Source of the DNA: Paraglomus brasilianum
Taxonomy: Eukaryota
NCBI GenBank assembly: GCA_910592345.1
Contig: CAJVPI010000282.1
Location: 1-36,863 of the forward strand
Direction of reading: 5' to 3'
Length of the DNA: 36,863 nt
A program made the translations under genes and the position numbers. Shown here piece after piece: positions 1 to 11,959 of the stretch. Each line of letters begins with the position of its first letter. The first letter of the stretch is position 1. Below the pieces are notes generated by a model. That model saw only the letters and a list, made by a program, of their open reading frames with translations, ran no database searches and had not been told where the DNA came from.

Positions 1-1949
1 GTTTGCTCTTCTGTGGACCAGACAAAGTTCTCTACGTCATTTTCGCTCAGTAAGCAGATTTGATGGTCTGTCAATCTTGTGAGAAATCTGTGAAATAATT
101 TAATGAGTACTCATGTCTGTTAAATATTGATAAATTAATTTTTATTATTTACCGGTGAAGATTTGTTGCGTTTTTTTGTTTGTCAATTGCATCCTTTTCA
201 GTATAGAAACCCTTTTCCGGCCATAGTATTACAAGACCCAAATCCGACTTAATCTTTAGTAGGTAAAGTCCAGTAGCCAACGTTGGCTTTAAACTGCGAA
301 CTGATTCGGGTTTCCGTTCGGCATCGATAAATTCCTCGTATCTGCACAATAGAGTTTGTTGTACATAAAAACAATGTAACAAAAAGTGATAAATACTTTA
401 AAAATACTTTAAAAACACCACCAACCTGTGCTTGTCAATAACATTATTTTGCAACAATAATTTAAAGATAAGCTCACGATTCCCATAACAACCAACAATT
501 CGAATTTTGACTTCTGCCAGTTTTGCAAATCGTATATCAGAAATGGAGCGATAGCTTTCCTGAGCCAACGATTTGCAGACTCTCTCTAAATCAGTAGGAT
601 GTATAACAGCCTTGTGAACTAAAAAAAAATCAGCTATTTTTAATCCTTGTGCATTTACATGATGAGCATTTGCTTGTAACATTATATTGGTCTAGTTTCG
701 CATACCTAAACCCATGTCACTTTCGTCAGCACATAATTCAATCAGCTGATAAAAATTTGGAATCAATTGGCAGAGATCGTTGTCTTTACTTTCACTTTTA
801 TGATCATCGAACATTTGTTTATCTGTTCGATCTTCTTGTTGAACGCTTGTGGAAACAATAAGTCGATCAGGGTCTTGAATATCCGTACTCCGAACGCCTT
901 CTTCGAGTGTGTTCAAATTTAATTCTTCCGGGGATTGATCATCGGGCGTTTGTTCATCCGTTCGTTGAACGCTTGTGGGAGCAATAAATTGACCAGAATC
1001 TTGCATATCCGTATTCCGAACGCCTTTTTCGAGTGTGTTCAAATTTAATTCTACTGCCGATTGATCATCGGGCGTTTGTTCATCCGTTCGATCTTCTTGT
1101 TGAACGCTTGTGGGAGCAATAAATTGATCAGAATTTTGCATATCAGTTCTCCGAACGCCTTCGAGTGTGTTCAAATTTAATTCTTCTGCCGATTGATCCT
1201 CCGGTGTTTGTTCATCCGTTCGTTGAACGCTTGTGGGAGCAATAAATTGATCAGAATCTTGCATATCCGTACTCCGAACGCCTTCGAGTGTGTTCAGATT
1301 TAATTCTTCTGCCAATTGATCATCGAGCGTTTGTTCATCCGTTCGTTGAACGCTTGTTTGATCAGAATCTTGAATATCCGTACTGTGAATGCCTTCTGTG
1401 AGTGTGTTTAAAACTGATTCCGGAGATAATTCTTCGAGTTGCAGGTAAGAATTATTTTCATTAGAGCCATCAATAGCTTGGTTTGTGATGATTGACTGGG
1501 AAATTTCTTGTTTAGCAGGTTCGGGAATGGCAGCACGTTGACTGGATAAAGCATTAGAATCATTGCCTGACTTGTCGACATCACTGTTACTAGCCAATGG
1601 ATCCAAGTCTTTATTGCGACTAATATCGTCATTTAGAGATTCTGGATATAATAAAAATACGTTAACACAGCAATTCCATGATACTGCCAATGCCAAGCGA
1701 AAGCAGCAGCGCAAAAATGCTGTTCTCCAATACCTGCAACAAGCGGTTGATTTTGTAACGAATCGGACTGATATTCCTTATCAGTTTCACTTTCTAATTT
1801 AGATGTTTCCAAGGAAATGGACGATGTTTCTTATCCAGATATAATAAATATCGTTGTCATCAGTTTTAGGTAAAAAATAAAAAATTTGCAAAAACTACTA
1901 ACGTCGGTATACCATTCTCATTAAAAGTTTCATCCTTAAGATTTGCCAT
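1..1949 (-). CDS. 5' part of a multi-exon hypothetical protein of a family I associate with Glomeromycota; acidic tandem-repeat N-terminus; continues off the left edge of the window
   Basis: The hand-built model has GT-AG introns and consistent phases: exons 1949-1913 (ATG GCA AAT, MANLKDETFNEN), 1829-1734, 1641-706, 618-426, 341-153 and 87-<1. It joins ORFs 692..1714, 398..682 and 149..382 into one frame: ...DMGLVHKAVIHPTDLERVCK...IVGCYGNRELIFKLLL...GLYLLKIKSDLGLVILWPEKG...NATNLHRFLTRLTDHQICLLSENDVENFVW. Confidence 0.8.
800..1410 (-). repeat. Coding tandem repeat, ~5 units of 123-135 bp (41-45 aa; consensus about NTLEGVRSTDMQDSDQFIAPTSVQRTDEQTPDDQSAEELNL)
   Basis: The anchor GAACGCTTGT recurs at 841, 967, 1102, 1225 and 1348. 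The spacings (126, 135, 123, 123) are all multiples of 3. The repeat is visible in the translation of ORF 692..1714. Confidence 0.95.
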
Positions 1950-4900
1950 GTTTGCGAGCGTTTACCGCAGAACGATGAAGGATATTTCATGGTAGGGTCT
2001 CAATGTCTCAATATATATAGTACATTCGGGAGCTTCACCATCTGTCGTGAAACCGCGAAATCGTTTGTTCGTAGAAAAATTCTAGTCATTGACTTTAATC
2101 CGTATATGCTATACGTCAAAAACCGACAAAGTGGAACCGATTGTTAAACCGATATGGATTAACGTTCATTTAAGCCGTTGTACCACACAAATAACGATTA
2201 GCCAAGTCTGGAGATGTTTTCAAAGACATTTTTCAAAAAAAGACTATTAGTCACCCCTGTCATTTGCATACTGTTGGGACTAACGACTTTTCATGCAATA
2301 GACAGAATATATATATTCACGTCAAGCGGTTTATTGACATCAAATTACGTTCAAGTGTTGTTGCCTGCCTTGCCTGCTGTTCGTAAGAAGGTTAGAAAAA
2401 ATTACGTCATACTTTGCAACGTCCAGATAAAGTGTAAAGTTTAACTAGTGTAAAGAGTAATATATTCGGCTTTTATAACATTCTGGTGATCCTTCTTTTT
2501 ATAGTATCCATATACTAATATATGGGGCTTAGTAAAGTTAGATGCGCAGTTAGCAAATAGCGAAGAGGTCCCAGTAAGGAACCGAACTGTATTTATGCAG
2601 ATAAAGATAAACACTACGAAAACAAACGATTTTAATTCAAATCTTACTAATTTCTTCTGCCAATCGTTTGCGGCAAAACCTACGCATTATCATATGACAG
2701 AACAGCTTAACATTAACTATATTAATCCACAATGCCTGTGTGTAACATAATATTAGGCAAGCGTTTGTTCTTGAGGCGTAAAGTACTTACAAACCATATT
2801 TGTACTTACCTTTTTTTATCAGAACAAAGTATGTTGAGCGGAGCATCTCCGAAAATTGAGTTTGCTAAGCCACAACGAATTATGACTGTTGCGGAACTGT
2901 ATTCAAGTCCCAATAGAAAAATATTAATTTGGCGTCGTATCCAAGACGATTTATCTCTTCTACGGCTGAAATGTCAACTTTCACTTGACCAATCAATCAA
3001 TTATCATCACTCGCTTTCGTTCGCAATTAAATCTTGGGTATGCATTCGGCACGAGTAGCCCTGTCTGTTTATCAGTTCAGCCACAACTGCAAGTATTAAA
3101 GTTGGTGTAAGCATTACTACTAAATTAGTAAGTCAAAGTCAAAAATAATAGACTTTTGTACTGCATGTAGAGAAGCTAAACATATGCGAATACAATTCTT
3201 AAAAGCCCCAAACAAAGGGGTTGAAAGGATCAAATGATACAGAAACTTTTATCCCCAAGAAACTGCATGGACACTTATCAATACTTGTGTCAGTCTAGGT
3301 GTTATATTGTATATTCATTTATAGTCGGCATTACAGAACAGCATCACTGTACAATATAGAATATAAACTCAAATTTATCTTATTTGTGCAATGTACGTAC
3401 ATTAAACCTTATCTCAATCGCTAATATACTGTCTTTATGGGACTTTACATAAGAATACGTTTTATCTCAAACATTACGGAAATCCTAACGTACCTCAATC
3501 TAGTACTAGTTGGCTAATGAAAGGTAAATTTTAACCGAATGCTGTTGGTTACCAACAGAGGCTTGAAATATTGATATGATACTCGATCAACTAATAATTT
3601 AAACCTTACTGTTGTAAGGCAGAGCGTAAAAAAAGTTGGGCAAGTGAATCAAGCCGCAGCAGAAGCTATCTAGGCGATACGTGTTTGGTGACTCTGGTAA
3701 CACAATTTTGCGGATTGCTGATACAGGTGTCGTGCACATTTAATTATCAGACTTTCTTTCTCACTTTTCTTTTTTTATATTCATAATATGATGTGTCGAT
3801 CTAATAGTGTATAGACTCAATTTTCAGGAGTGCTGCAAGGATTGTGCATTTTACCAACGATGATTGTATTCGTTCTTGAAATTTTTCTTTGAACAATGCA
3901 TGTTTTAATGACGTACAGAAAACAAAGCAAAAAGCTAATTTTTAGAATCAGGAAATATAATTTCCGTATTAAAATTTTTTTTAAACTTTAGTTGTTCTAA
4001 TTGTTTATTTATCCAGCACTGGCATTTAGAAACACGTGGACACGGTGGAATTAGTTATTTTTAGAACCAGCAATAATATATAGGGTGAATGTGACTACAA
4101 TTTTACTCCAACGAGAAAGCTTCACTTGATTGATGTATCTGGCTTTCAAGTGGCATAGTTAGAAATTTCTGATGCAGGGATATGTCTCCGTTCGATGTTC
4201 CAAGATCCGCCGCAATTAAAACAAACGCATTTTAATACCACACCTAGCAATCACTAAGTACTGTATATTGACGTATTGGATCATAACTGGATATGTAGAT
4301 TGTTTTAATGTAACTTATCAATTGGTGGTATTGTGTGAAACAAATATAGTAGCATCTATCGACTTGAAAATAGGCTTATAGGAGACATTTTCGTTGTGCA
4401 GTTATCGAAATAAGCATTGCAGAAATTTTAATTTGCAACCCATCCGAGGAGACAGTAACGCTGATATGTACGCAGGCTCTGTGTCCAGCAGTTTGTTTAA
4501 TACCACAAATTTGAATAATTTATGAATTGTTTATAGTAATAATTTTTCAATAAACAATATGTACATAAATATAGGGAAATAACCTGTCAGTCTTTCGTAA
4601 ATTACTCAGTCTTATTATTAACCATTACTATTAATTGCTGTAATAAGTTACCTTATCAAATAATTTTTTTTTTTTTCAATCTGAGATGGGTTAATATAAG
4701 AATGAATATAATTGAATAAATAAAATACAAACCAAATATCAAGATTCAAGTCACTTAAATTATAATTGTCTAAATTTGATCAAACAACAAAATTGGAGAT
4801 TCTGCCCAGATAAGCAATCGTTACTTTCAGGTATGACTGAATCGCTGATTCAAATAATAAGTCCAGGCCCTTTTTATAAGACAACAAGCCCATCTATGAT

Positions 4901-6645
4901 GCACAGTAAATATTATCTCTGTAGCAAAATAACGAGAGAAGTGTTAACCTGAAAATGATACAATTTATTTATAAATATTAGCTGAACAATCGCGTAGGCT
5001 TTGCTTGAGTTAATTTATTTTAATAAATACGTAAAAATTCAAATTATCTTTTTTTACTTTCCTTTGCGGGGGTTTGTTTTTCAGCAATGTTTTTCCCTCT
5101 CTTTATTATCTTTATATGTCCTTGTCATGTCTTTGATGATTTGATAGGTCTTAGATATGACGTTGATATTGATATAAACAATAGACAAAATAATTAAATA
5201 GTTAATACCTGTTCATTAGTAAAAACAGTAACAAATTGAGATTTATATTGTAAAGCAATAATAATCTTTAGCCGGGATTTGCAACTGTAAACTACTTTTA
5301 ACTTAACTTACGATACAATAATGCGCGCTCTCACAGATCCACAACAAATTACATGTTTCAATCACAGCACGCTTTGTTAAGAGAAGAGCCCAATTATTGT
5401 AGCCCAGGATGTAATGTCGCGACATTTCTTAGTATAAATAAAAGACGTGCTGTGAATGCCATGATCGAATTTTAACTCGCTGGTTGTTTTTTTTTCTTCT
5501 GAGCTTCAGCATTGGTGATAATAATAAAGGCGTCTCAAAAGGCAAGAACTACTCATGAAAAGATTCATCTTGCCTGGAACACTGATGTATGAGAGAATAT
5601 TACATACCTATTACTATACAGAGTATAAACCAACTGGCGTCAATTCGCTTGCTAATACAAGCTCGTATTGTTCAAAGTCTATAAACAAAAAAAAATAATA
5701 CAGTGAGTTAACTCGTACTAATACTGATGTATTAATGTTAATACTACGTGTCTTCATACCTGAGCTGTTTTCTGGCATGGGCAAACTGTCTGTAGATAAC
5801 AACGTGTTCGAGTATTTAATCTCTTTCTCACAAGATTTACATTTTCTGTCTTATAGATTAAGATGGTATTCCAGATAGTGGCTTCCTTATCACATGATGT
5901 AGAAATAAGTTTCTGGACAAGCTTCTTAAGTTTCTCAGCATCTGGTCTATTGCTTGGTTCAGCATGACTTTAATCAACTGGCCTCCATGCTTTGGTGGCC
6001 TGCTTGCTACATGTGAGCACTCATGTTCTAATGAAGACATTTCTGTGAGCTGACTGCTGACTGAATTCTATCCATTGCAAATAACCATTATGTGGATGCA
6101 GTAGTATAATTATAATAGTATATATATACTGTAATTATACTACTTAGATTAGACTGTAAACTTCCTAGTACTAGATGCTTGTTTGGTCTTTAATTTACGA
6201 TTGGAGTATGAAATAATAGTCAATAAACATCCCAGATGTTTATTTGGTCTCCAAATTGCGATTGGTTTATCAAAACGAGGCAACTGTTTCAAGATTGTGC
6301 GTGATAGTTGTCACTTGATCTTAATACTAATCATTATTAGAAGACATTCAACAACTTACTGAGCATCTTGCATTGAACCAAATAATAAGTGCAGTCGTTT
6401 AGTCAGTGTTATGTCTTTTTTGTTTTTTCGTTTTTTGAATGGCTTTAATAAATTATAACCGAATAAAGAGGTTACTACCTACATAAGTGAACAGTATGAC
6501 ACTTGCTACGTTAAACAACTTAGTGCCAGTACATTTCATATAAATTGTTCAGCAGTATTAGATCCGTTTGAGTTATTTATTATTATATTGCTATAAGATT
6601 TGCCAGGAGCAACATAGTAAATATTTATGCCACTTTGAACTTTAC

Positions 6646-6735
6646 TACATTGAAAATTTTCGATATAGTGAATTGTCGATATAATAAAGAAAAATCCCCG
6701 TCCTGTCGACTTTATTATATCGAGGTTAGACTGTA
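6646..6735. mobile_element. ~90-bp pogo/Tigger-like MITE (palindromic, TA-flanked)
   Basis: The right end is ...TTATATCGAGGTTAGACTG|TA (reverse complement TA-CAGTCTAACCTCGATATAA). The degenerate left end is TA-CATTGAAAATTTTCGATATA. There is an internal inverted repeat TCGATATAATAAAG (6676-6689) / CTTTATTATATCGA (6710-6723). Confidence 0.6.
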
Positions 6736-7279
6736 TTCTTATTTTAAAGTTGCAACCAATCCAAGTATTTTGGTTGGTGTATAACCAGTAGAATAGTTTA
6801 AGTTAATGTTTACAATAATAAGCTTTTTAGGAAACAAAGCTTATTATAAAAAAAGTCAACTGTAAGTTTCTACAGTACTTTCATTCCGAGTCGACATTCT
6901 CCATTGTAACGAATAGTAAAAATGTACCACGGGTCAAAAATTGTTGACCCATTATTTCGGGATCCCGAAAACATATTCGGAATTTTTATCACTGTAACAG
7001 GTATTTTGTAAACTATACTAAATATGTATAACAAACATTTTTTACTTATTATAACGTTATATTTTCAATAGCAATAGACGCAACTTGTTCTATGCGGTTT
7101 GACCTATAACTACACATATGGCCGCCCATTCACCCAAAGCCATTATATCACTTCATAATGTGCAATAATGATATCAATAATATAATAAACACCCGAACAA
7201 GCGAATTTATTTATGAATAGCAAATATGAATAATAATAAAAGTTTCTAATTAGTTGACGCTTTTATCAACTAGCGATTA

Positions 7280-7930
7280 TTTGTTAACGCTGAATATACA
7301 TTGTATAAAACAGACTACATCGCACATATTCTCTCTGACACACACATTTTTTGAGTAATAGAATTTTTTTCGTTTCGCCAATTTGCATTATACTGAACGC
7401 TTACAATACCCGGTGTTTATATCTTGGATTTGCACTTGCTTAAGAAATAATCTCTGTCATGAGCTATGTATTTGTAGTCACCATCCGGCTGAATTCTCAG
7501 ATCGATAAGTCCACTTGAACCCGCGACATAAATTCATTGGCAATAATGGGCTTGCAGATATTGGAGTTAACATTGACCATCGACTTGTGCAGAAGCTACA
7601 TGCATTGACAAAGGCGACAACTAATTTTCTAGGAATGTAGCTGTATTGTTTCTTGAGCTCGTCGAATGTCTTTCCGTACCCAGCGTGTTGCAAGTTTTCA
7701 TGAACAGAACCGAATTGCATCATACATATATCCTCTTTAACGCACACTGGTTTTTGCTTTTTTTGAGTAATAGGATTTTCGTTTCGCCTATATGAATTAT
7801 ACTGAACGTTTGTTTACACTTTATCTGACCGCAAGAATTTCAATCGATTTCTTGTTCAAGAATGGCTTTGCATGATGCTCATACATTCAATATCAAAGGT
7901 GTTATTAGAACTAGCGGTGATGAATTTCTT
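7280..7930 (-). pseudogene. Degenerate Ginger/KRBA2/SCAND3-like integrase fragment (HHCC zinc-binding domain plus start of the catalytic core), with a partial second copy
   Basis: HENLQHAGYGKTFDELKKQYSYIPRKLVVAFVNACSFC is an integrase H2C2 motif. After a frameshift comes KPIIANEFMSRVQVDL, matching the first catalytic Asp strand of rve. The region 7330-7405 is a diverged copy of 7735-7815. Confidence 0.75.
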
Positions 7931-8386
7931 TTCATAACGCATCTAAGCATGCTCGCACGTACAATCTTTCCTCAGCCACCTCCCCTCTTTCAGATCTTCC
8001 ATCCTATCAACCGAGCCCTGTATTTTACCACCTAATATATGTTTGGTTCCACTTGGACATTAACACTGCATCCAAATCGGACTGCTCGTAATAATTTATC
8101 AATATCTTTGGCAAATAAAACGGCAGATTTCTAATGTTATAAGCACATTTATTTATCGTAGCAAAGGCTTGTCAAGAGAAAAATTGTACTCGAATTCATA
8201 TTACAGAGTGAGAGCGAACTAGTAATATTGTCCACTTATGGAAATTTACAAAGTTTGTTATAATAAAACCATAGCTAACAAATGCAAGTATTGATTCGTA
8301 GTTGGTGGCCATATTTGGCAGCAAACCGCGTCTTTTTGTTTATTATTGGCGTTATAAATTAAGGAGTTGCAGGTATATAAACGTAC

Positions 8387-8890
8387 TACAGTCAAAACTG
8401 GATATAACAATACCTGTATATAACGACAATTAGACCTAACGATAAAATTTGTCACTACCGAAACATTCTTAATTTCACCTGGTTATACCGATTTTTACAT
8501 TAAAACCTCGTTATTACGTATACGATGTACCAACTATTGTAGCAATATATTTTTATACCGATATTGTTGTGTGACATCCAATCAAAAACTGTACGAATTT
8601 CGAGTATTAGTATACTGTAATAATATTCATTTCTCATGTTACTCAATAAACGAACTACCAGCGTCAACAAAACATTTGAGAACACGCTTGACCTTTGCAC
8701 AAAAAAAGGATGTGTGTTAAACTCTCTAGTAAGCCCAAACCTTCTCAGGGAGCTTACCGTGAGGAAGAGACTGTTTCCATAAAGAACGTGTTAGAAAGCT
8801 TGGATATTTTCTCGTTCATCCACCCGCAGGTTTTAATTGCGATGCAAGTACTGTATCAACAGGATGCTCCTTACAAAAACAAGTGCTAAT
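8387..8890 (+). mobile_element. Internally deleted pogo/Tigger-like DNA transposon relic (left terminus plus transposase end fragments)
   Basis: TA-CAGTCAAAACTGGATATAAC...TATATAACGA at 8387 is a pogo-type terminus with TATAAC sub-repeats. ORF 8695..8889 joins KKRMCVKLSSKPKPSQ (like a CENP-B N-terminal HTH start) to EEETVSIKNVLESLDIF (like a Tigger C-terminal helix). I did not find the right end. Confidence 0.5.
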
Positions 8891-9499
8891 AATAAGAAAC
8901 AGCCAATGCTAGATTTTGCCAGAATGTAGTTTGTAATATCATTGAATCTTCTTTTTTAATAAAACCGAATATAGATAATATCTTGTATGACGATATTTTT
9001 TTCGTAACTATTATGTTATCGCTATAAATAGAATTCCTGGTATTAACGATAACAATCATACGAGTCTTCTGAACCATAATGACTGTGGATATTCTAATGC
9101 ATTTATCAGGCTTCTGTTCATTGGCGCACTAAATATAGATAGCAAACAATTCGTTGGCTCTTGTTTATAATGGACATTAATCCTCATATGTTAACTGTAA
9201 CGAACAGAGGGACTTTCGATGCTATAAAAGCGGTTGTAAGATGTTCCGTTATCTTATACTAAAGCCGTATTTTTTTTCTCGCTTCGGACTTCCCGTGTGC
9301 AACAGGTGTAATAATTTAACCAATTGAGTGAGTCATGAGAGAAAAAAAAATGCAATCTTCAACGAAGAACACAGACCTCAAAACCTCACGAAAAATGTAT
9401 TAGAAGAAGCACAGAAAAATCAGGTCCAACCCGCCAATTGATGTGTAAAGCCCCTCTCACTTTTTTGTTTTGGAAACTAGAGCGATGCAATGCAATCAA

Positions 9500-9745
9500 T
9501 CAGCAGGTCGTACGATTACATCATGCATAAAAAGTTCCACGATCTTCTAAATTTATTATGTTGATCGAACATTTGTGTTACGCAATCGATTTTTCAGGTA
9601 TGTGAATTTCGGAAATTTGGTCATAGTAACAATCATCAGGTCGTACGATTACATCATGCATGAAAAGTTCCATCATCATGACCTTCTAATTTATTCGTGA
9701 TATGTATTACGAAGTAATGGCCTGATCGCGATTTCCCTTTTCAGG
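9500..9745 (+). repeat. Imperfect direct duplication (~133-bp period) upstream of the GTPase gene
   Basis: CAGGTCGTACGATTACATCATGCAT(A/G)AAAAGTTCCA occurs at 9504 and 9637. Each copy is followed by similar CTTCTAA..TTTATT and TTTTCAGG segments. Confidence 0.85.
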
Positions 9746-9958
9746 CAATCCGGCTAATTCTCAATGTCTTCTTTCTATTTTTAAACCGCAGTTTTTCTCG
9801 TATAATACACAGAAAATTAGGAGCGTATGATGAATACTAAAGGTCGGGAAAATTGGAATCGTATGATCTGATCCGCCATAATTTTAAGACATAAATACTC
9901 GCTTATTTGATTATTCCGTCAACACTTTATTATTCATTCAATCTATGATACTTTTATT

Positions 9959-10792
9959 ATGGATTTTCCTTTATCCGTAATTTTTTTTGGACGTACCGGT
10001 GAGGGAAAATCTACCCTCGCTAATATGCTGATTCAACCTGATCTTTATTTTGAAAATAACCGCTTTCGTATCAGTGATGGTGCAATTGGAGAAACTTCTA
10101 AAATAACATTTGCCTGTAATAACACGTTTATAATTTATGATACTATTGGGTTATGTGAAACATCCAGGGGTAACGTATCAAACAAAAATGCCCTCAGAGA
10201 AATCAAGAACTATTTTTCAAAGGTTCAGGATCCACTTAATTTTATATGCTATGTTAAAAAAAAGGGGAGGATTACCCAGGAAGACAAAGACACATTTAAT
10301 GTGTTTAAGGAAATCTTTGCAGGGGGAGAAACTAATTTTGCTATTGTAATTACCAACTGTGAAACGGATTGGATACAACAAAACATTTTAAATTTACGAG
10401 AATCTTTTGGAAATTCTCATATTATTGGAGTTGATTTTCCCATTAGTAACAGTTCCGATGAGACTAAACAACATTTCGAACGAACAACAAGGCAAGACGA
10501 TAGAAGGAGGCTGATCAGTTTTTTTATAGACAATCATTTTAAAGGTATCAAATTAGACATTCTTGAATACGCACCTCTACTTGAAAAAAGATTGGAACAA
10601 ATTATTTCTTTTACGCCCTTGATTGGTTCAACATATGATCTAATGACTTCTGGTATATATCTTGTATTAAGAAAGCCAAATATAGCAAGGAAACGTTTAA
10701 AAAAAGGAGTTAAAGGAGTTGCAACAATTATTAGTGCTTTGGCTGAGAATGATCCTGATCTGACTCAGATTTTAAATAACCGTTTTCATTAG
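9959..10792 (+). CDS. P-loop GTPase, AIG1/GIMAP-like G domain, intronless, 277 aa
   Basis: The G1 Walker A motif GRTGEGKST follows a hydrophobic strand (SVIFF). Candidate G2 is the Thr in GETS, G3 is IYDTIG and G4-like is IVITNCE. The segment KKGRITQEDKDTFNVFKEIF resembles the AIG1-family box. The ORF is clean from ATG to TAG. Confidence 0.85.
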   Translation: MDFPLSVIFFGRTGEGKSTLANMLIQPDLYFENNRFRISDGAIGETSKITFACNNTFIIYDTIGLCETSRGNVSNKNALREIKNYFSKVQDPLNFICYVKKKGRITQEDKDTFNVFKEIFAGGETNFAIVITNCETDWIQQNILNLRESFGNSHIIGVDFPISNSSDETKQHFERTTRQDDRRRLISFFIDNHFKGIKLDILEYAPLLEKRLEQIISFTPLIGSTYDLMTSGIYLVLRKPNIARKRLKKGVKGVATIISALAENDPDLTQILNNRFH

Positions 10793-11959
10793 ACATTATT
10801 ACACAAATTTCCTATCCGTTATTATTTGTATTAGCAAAATTATGTATCGTATCTTATACTTAGCTTCTCCATCCTTTTATAGCCTATATTATAGTATTAT
10901 TATTCATCAATATAAGTATTTATTTTTCGTATTTATTTCATATAACTATTTTTTTATCCGGCTAGAAAGTCACAAAGTTTCAATAATATTACACAATATT
11001 CAATTTATAAAGATGCTCTTTTGAATAACCATATATAGGTTTTCGTATAAGCAACAAATTTTACCAGAGAAACTGTTAGAGGCATATTCTGTAAGCTGTT
11101 AAATATGCGATTTACAATTCAGCGATGATCTTTATTGTACTAGTAAAAGCAAATATCAAATTTTTGCAAAACGGCACTTAAAGATCTTGACCTCCATCTG
11201 AAAAGGTGTTGAGTGTCATCGTGGGGTAAATAAAAAGATAGAATCAGTGTTGATAACTCTCCGTCCAGTAAAAGAACCCGAATTAAAATATTTACGTAAC
11301 GATAGTTTCCCATGTTTATATGTACAGCAATAACTGTACTATTTTTGTTAGACGCTATACCAATAAAGAAAAGTGATCTTATATTTACATTTTTGGTTTC
11401 GGATCATATACCAGTTTTGTTTATTACATAGATTGTATAAGTAGGGAAAGCAACGGAAAATATTTTAGAAATCGCTTATGATGACTTACTACACTCGAGT
11501 GCGAAATTTTACATCAAACACCAAGTAAATGTCTCTTATCAAGTGTGGTAAAAGCGTTGATATTGTTGATGAGGGTTCAAGGTGAGACTCTGTATCTTCT
11601 CAAATAAGTAGCACTTCGACTCTTTAATGAATTTATCAGTAATGTTGAAATCAATTCTGTAAAATCATCTCAAAATCAACATATGGAGTTGGATGAAAAT
11701 GAAGAAATGGAGCATCGAAATAAGAAATCCTATAGCATAATTAATGTACCACAAAAGTGTGTAAATGAATCCATCTCTGAGTATTATTCCTTCTATAAAA
11801 CTAGAGCAGTCGTACAATAATAATCTAACCTTGCACGAAGATATAACGGGGTGATTATTATTAAATTAAAGTTAATTAAAATATAAGAATATATTGATTA
11901 GGAATATAAGAATTTATTTAATTTTGTTTTTACGAAATACAGAACATCAAGATACATTG

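Noticed and set aside
2214..3058. ORFs 2214..2444 and 2732..3058
   Set aside because: They have no recognisable motifs and I could not build a coherent splice model. They may be intergenic or an unrecognisable relic.
5450..6480. Short minus-strand ORFs and a weak ~61-bp duplication (6174 and 6235)
   Set aside because: Possibly decayed coding sequence, but too eroded to assign by eye.
6925..6975. Adjacent small hairpins GGGTCAA..TTGACCC and TTCGGGATCCCGAA
   Set aside because: They are short. They could belong to a transposon end, but I found no partner or terminal motif to support a call.
11460..11760. Spliced-looking acidic fragment (..DEGS|..MELDENEEMEH)
   Set aside because: It has no start, no domain motif and is too short to support a gene.
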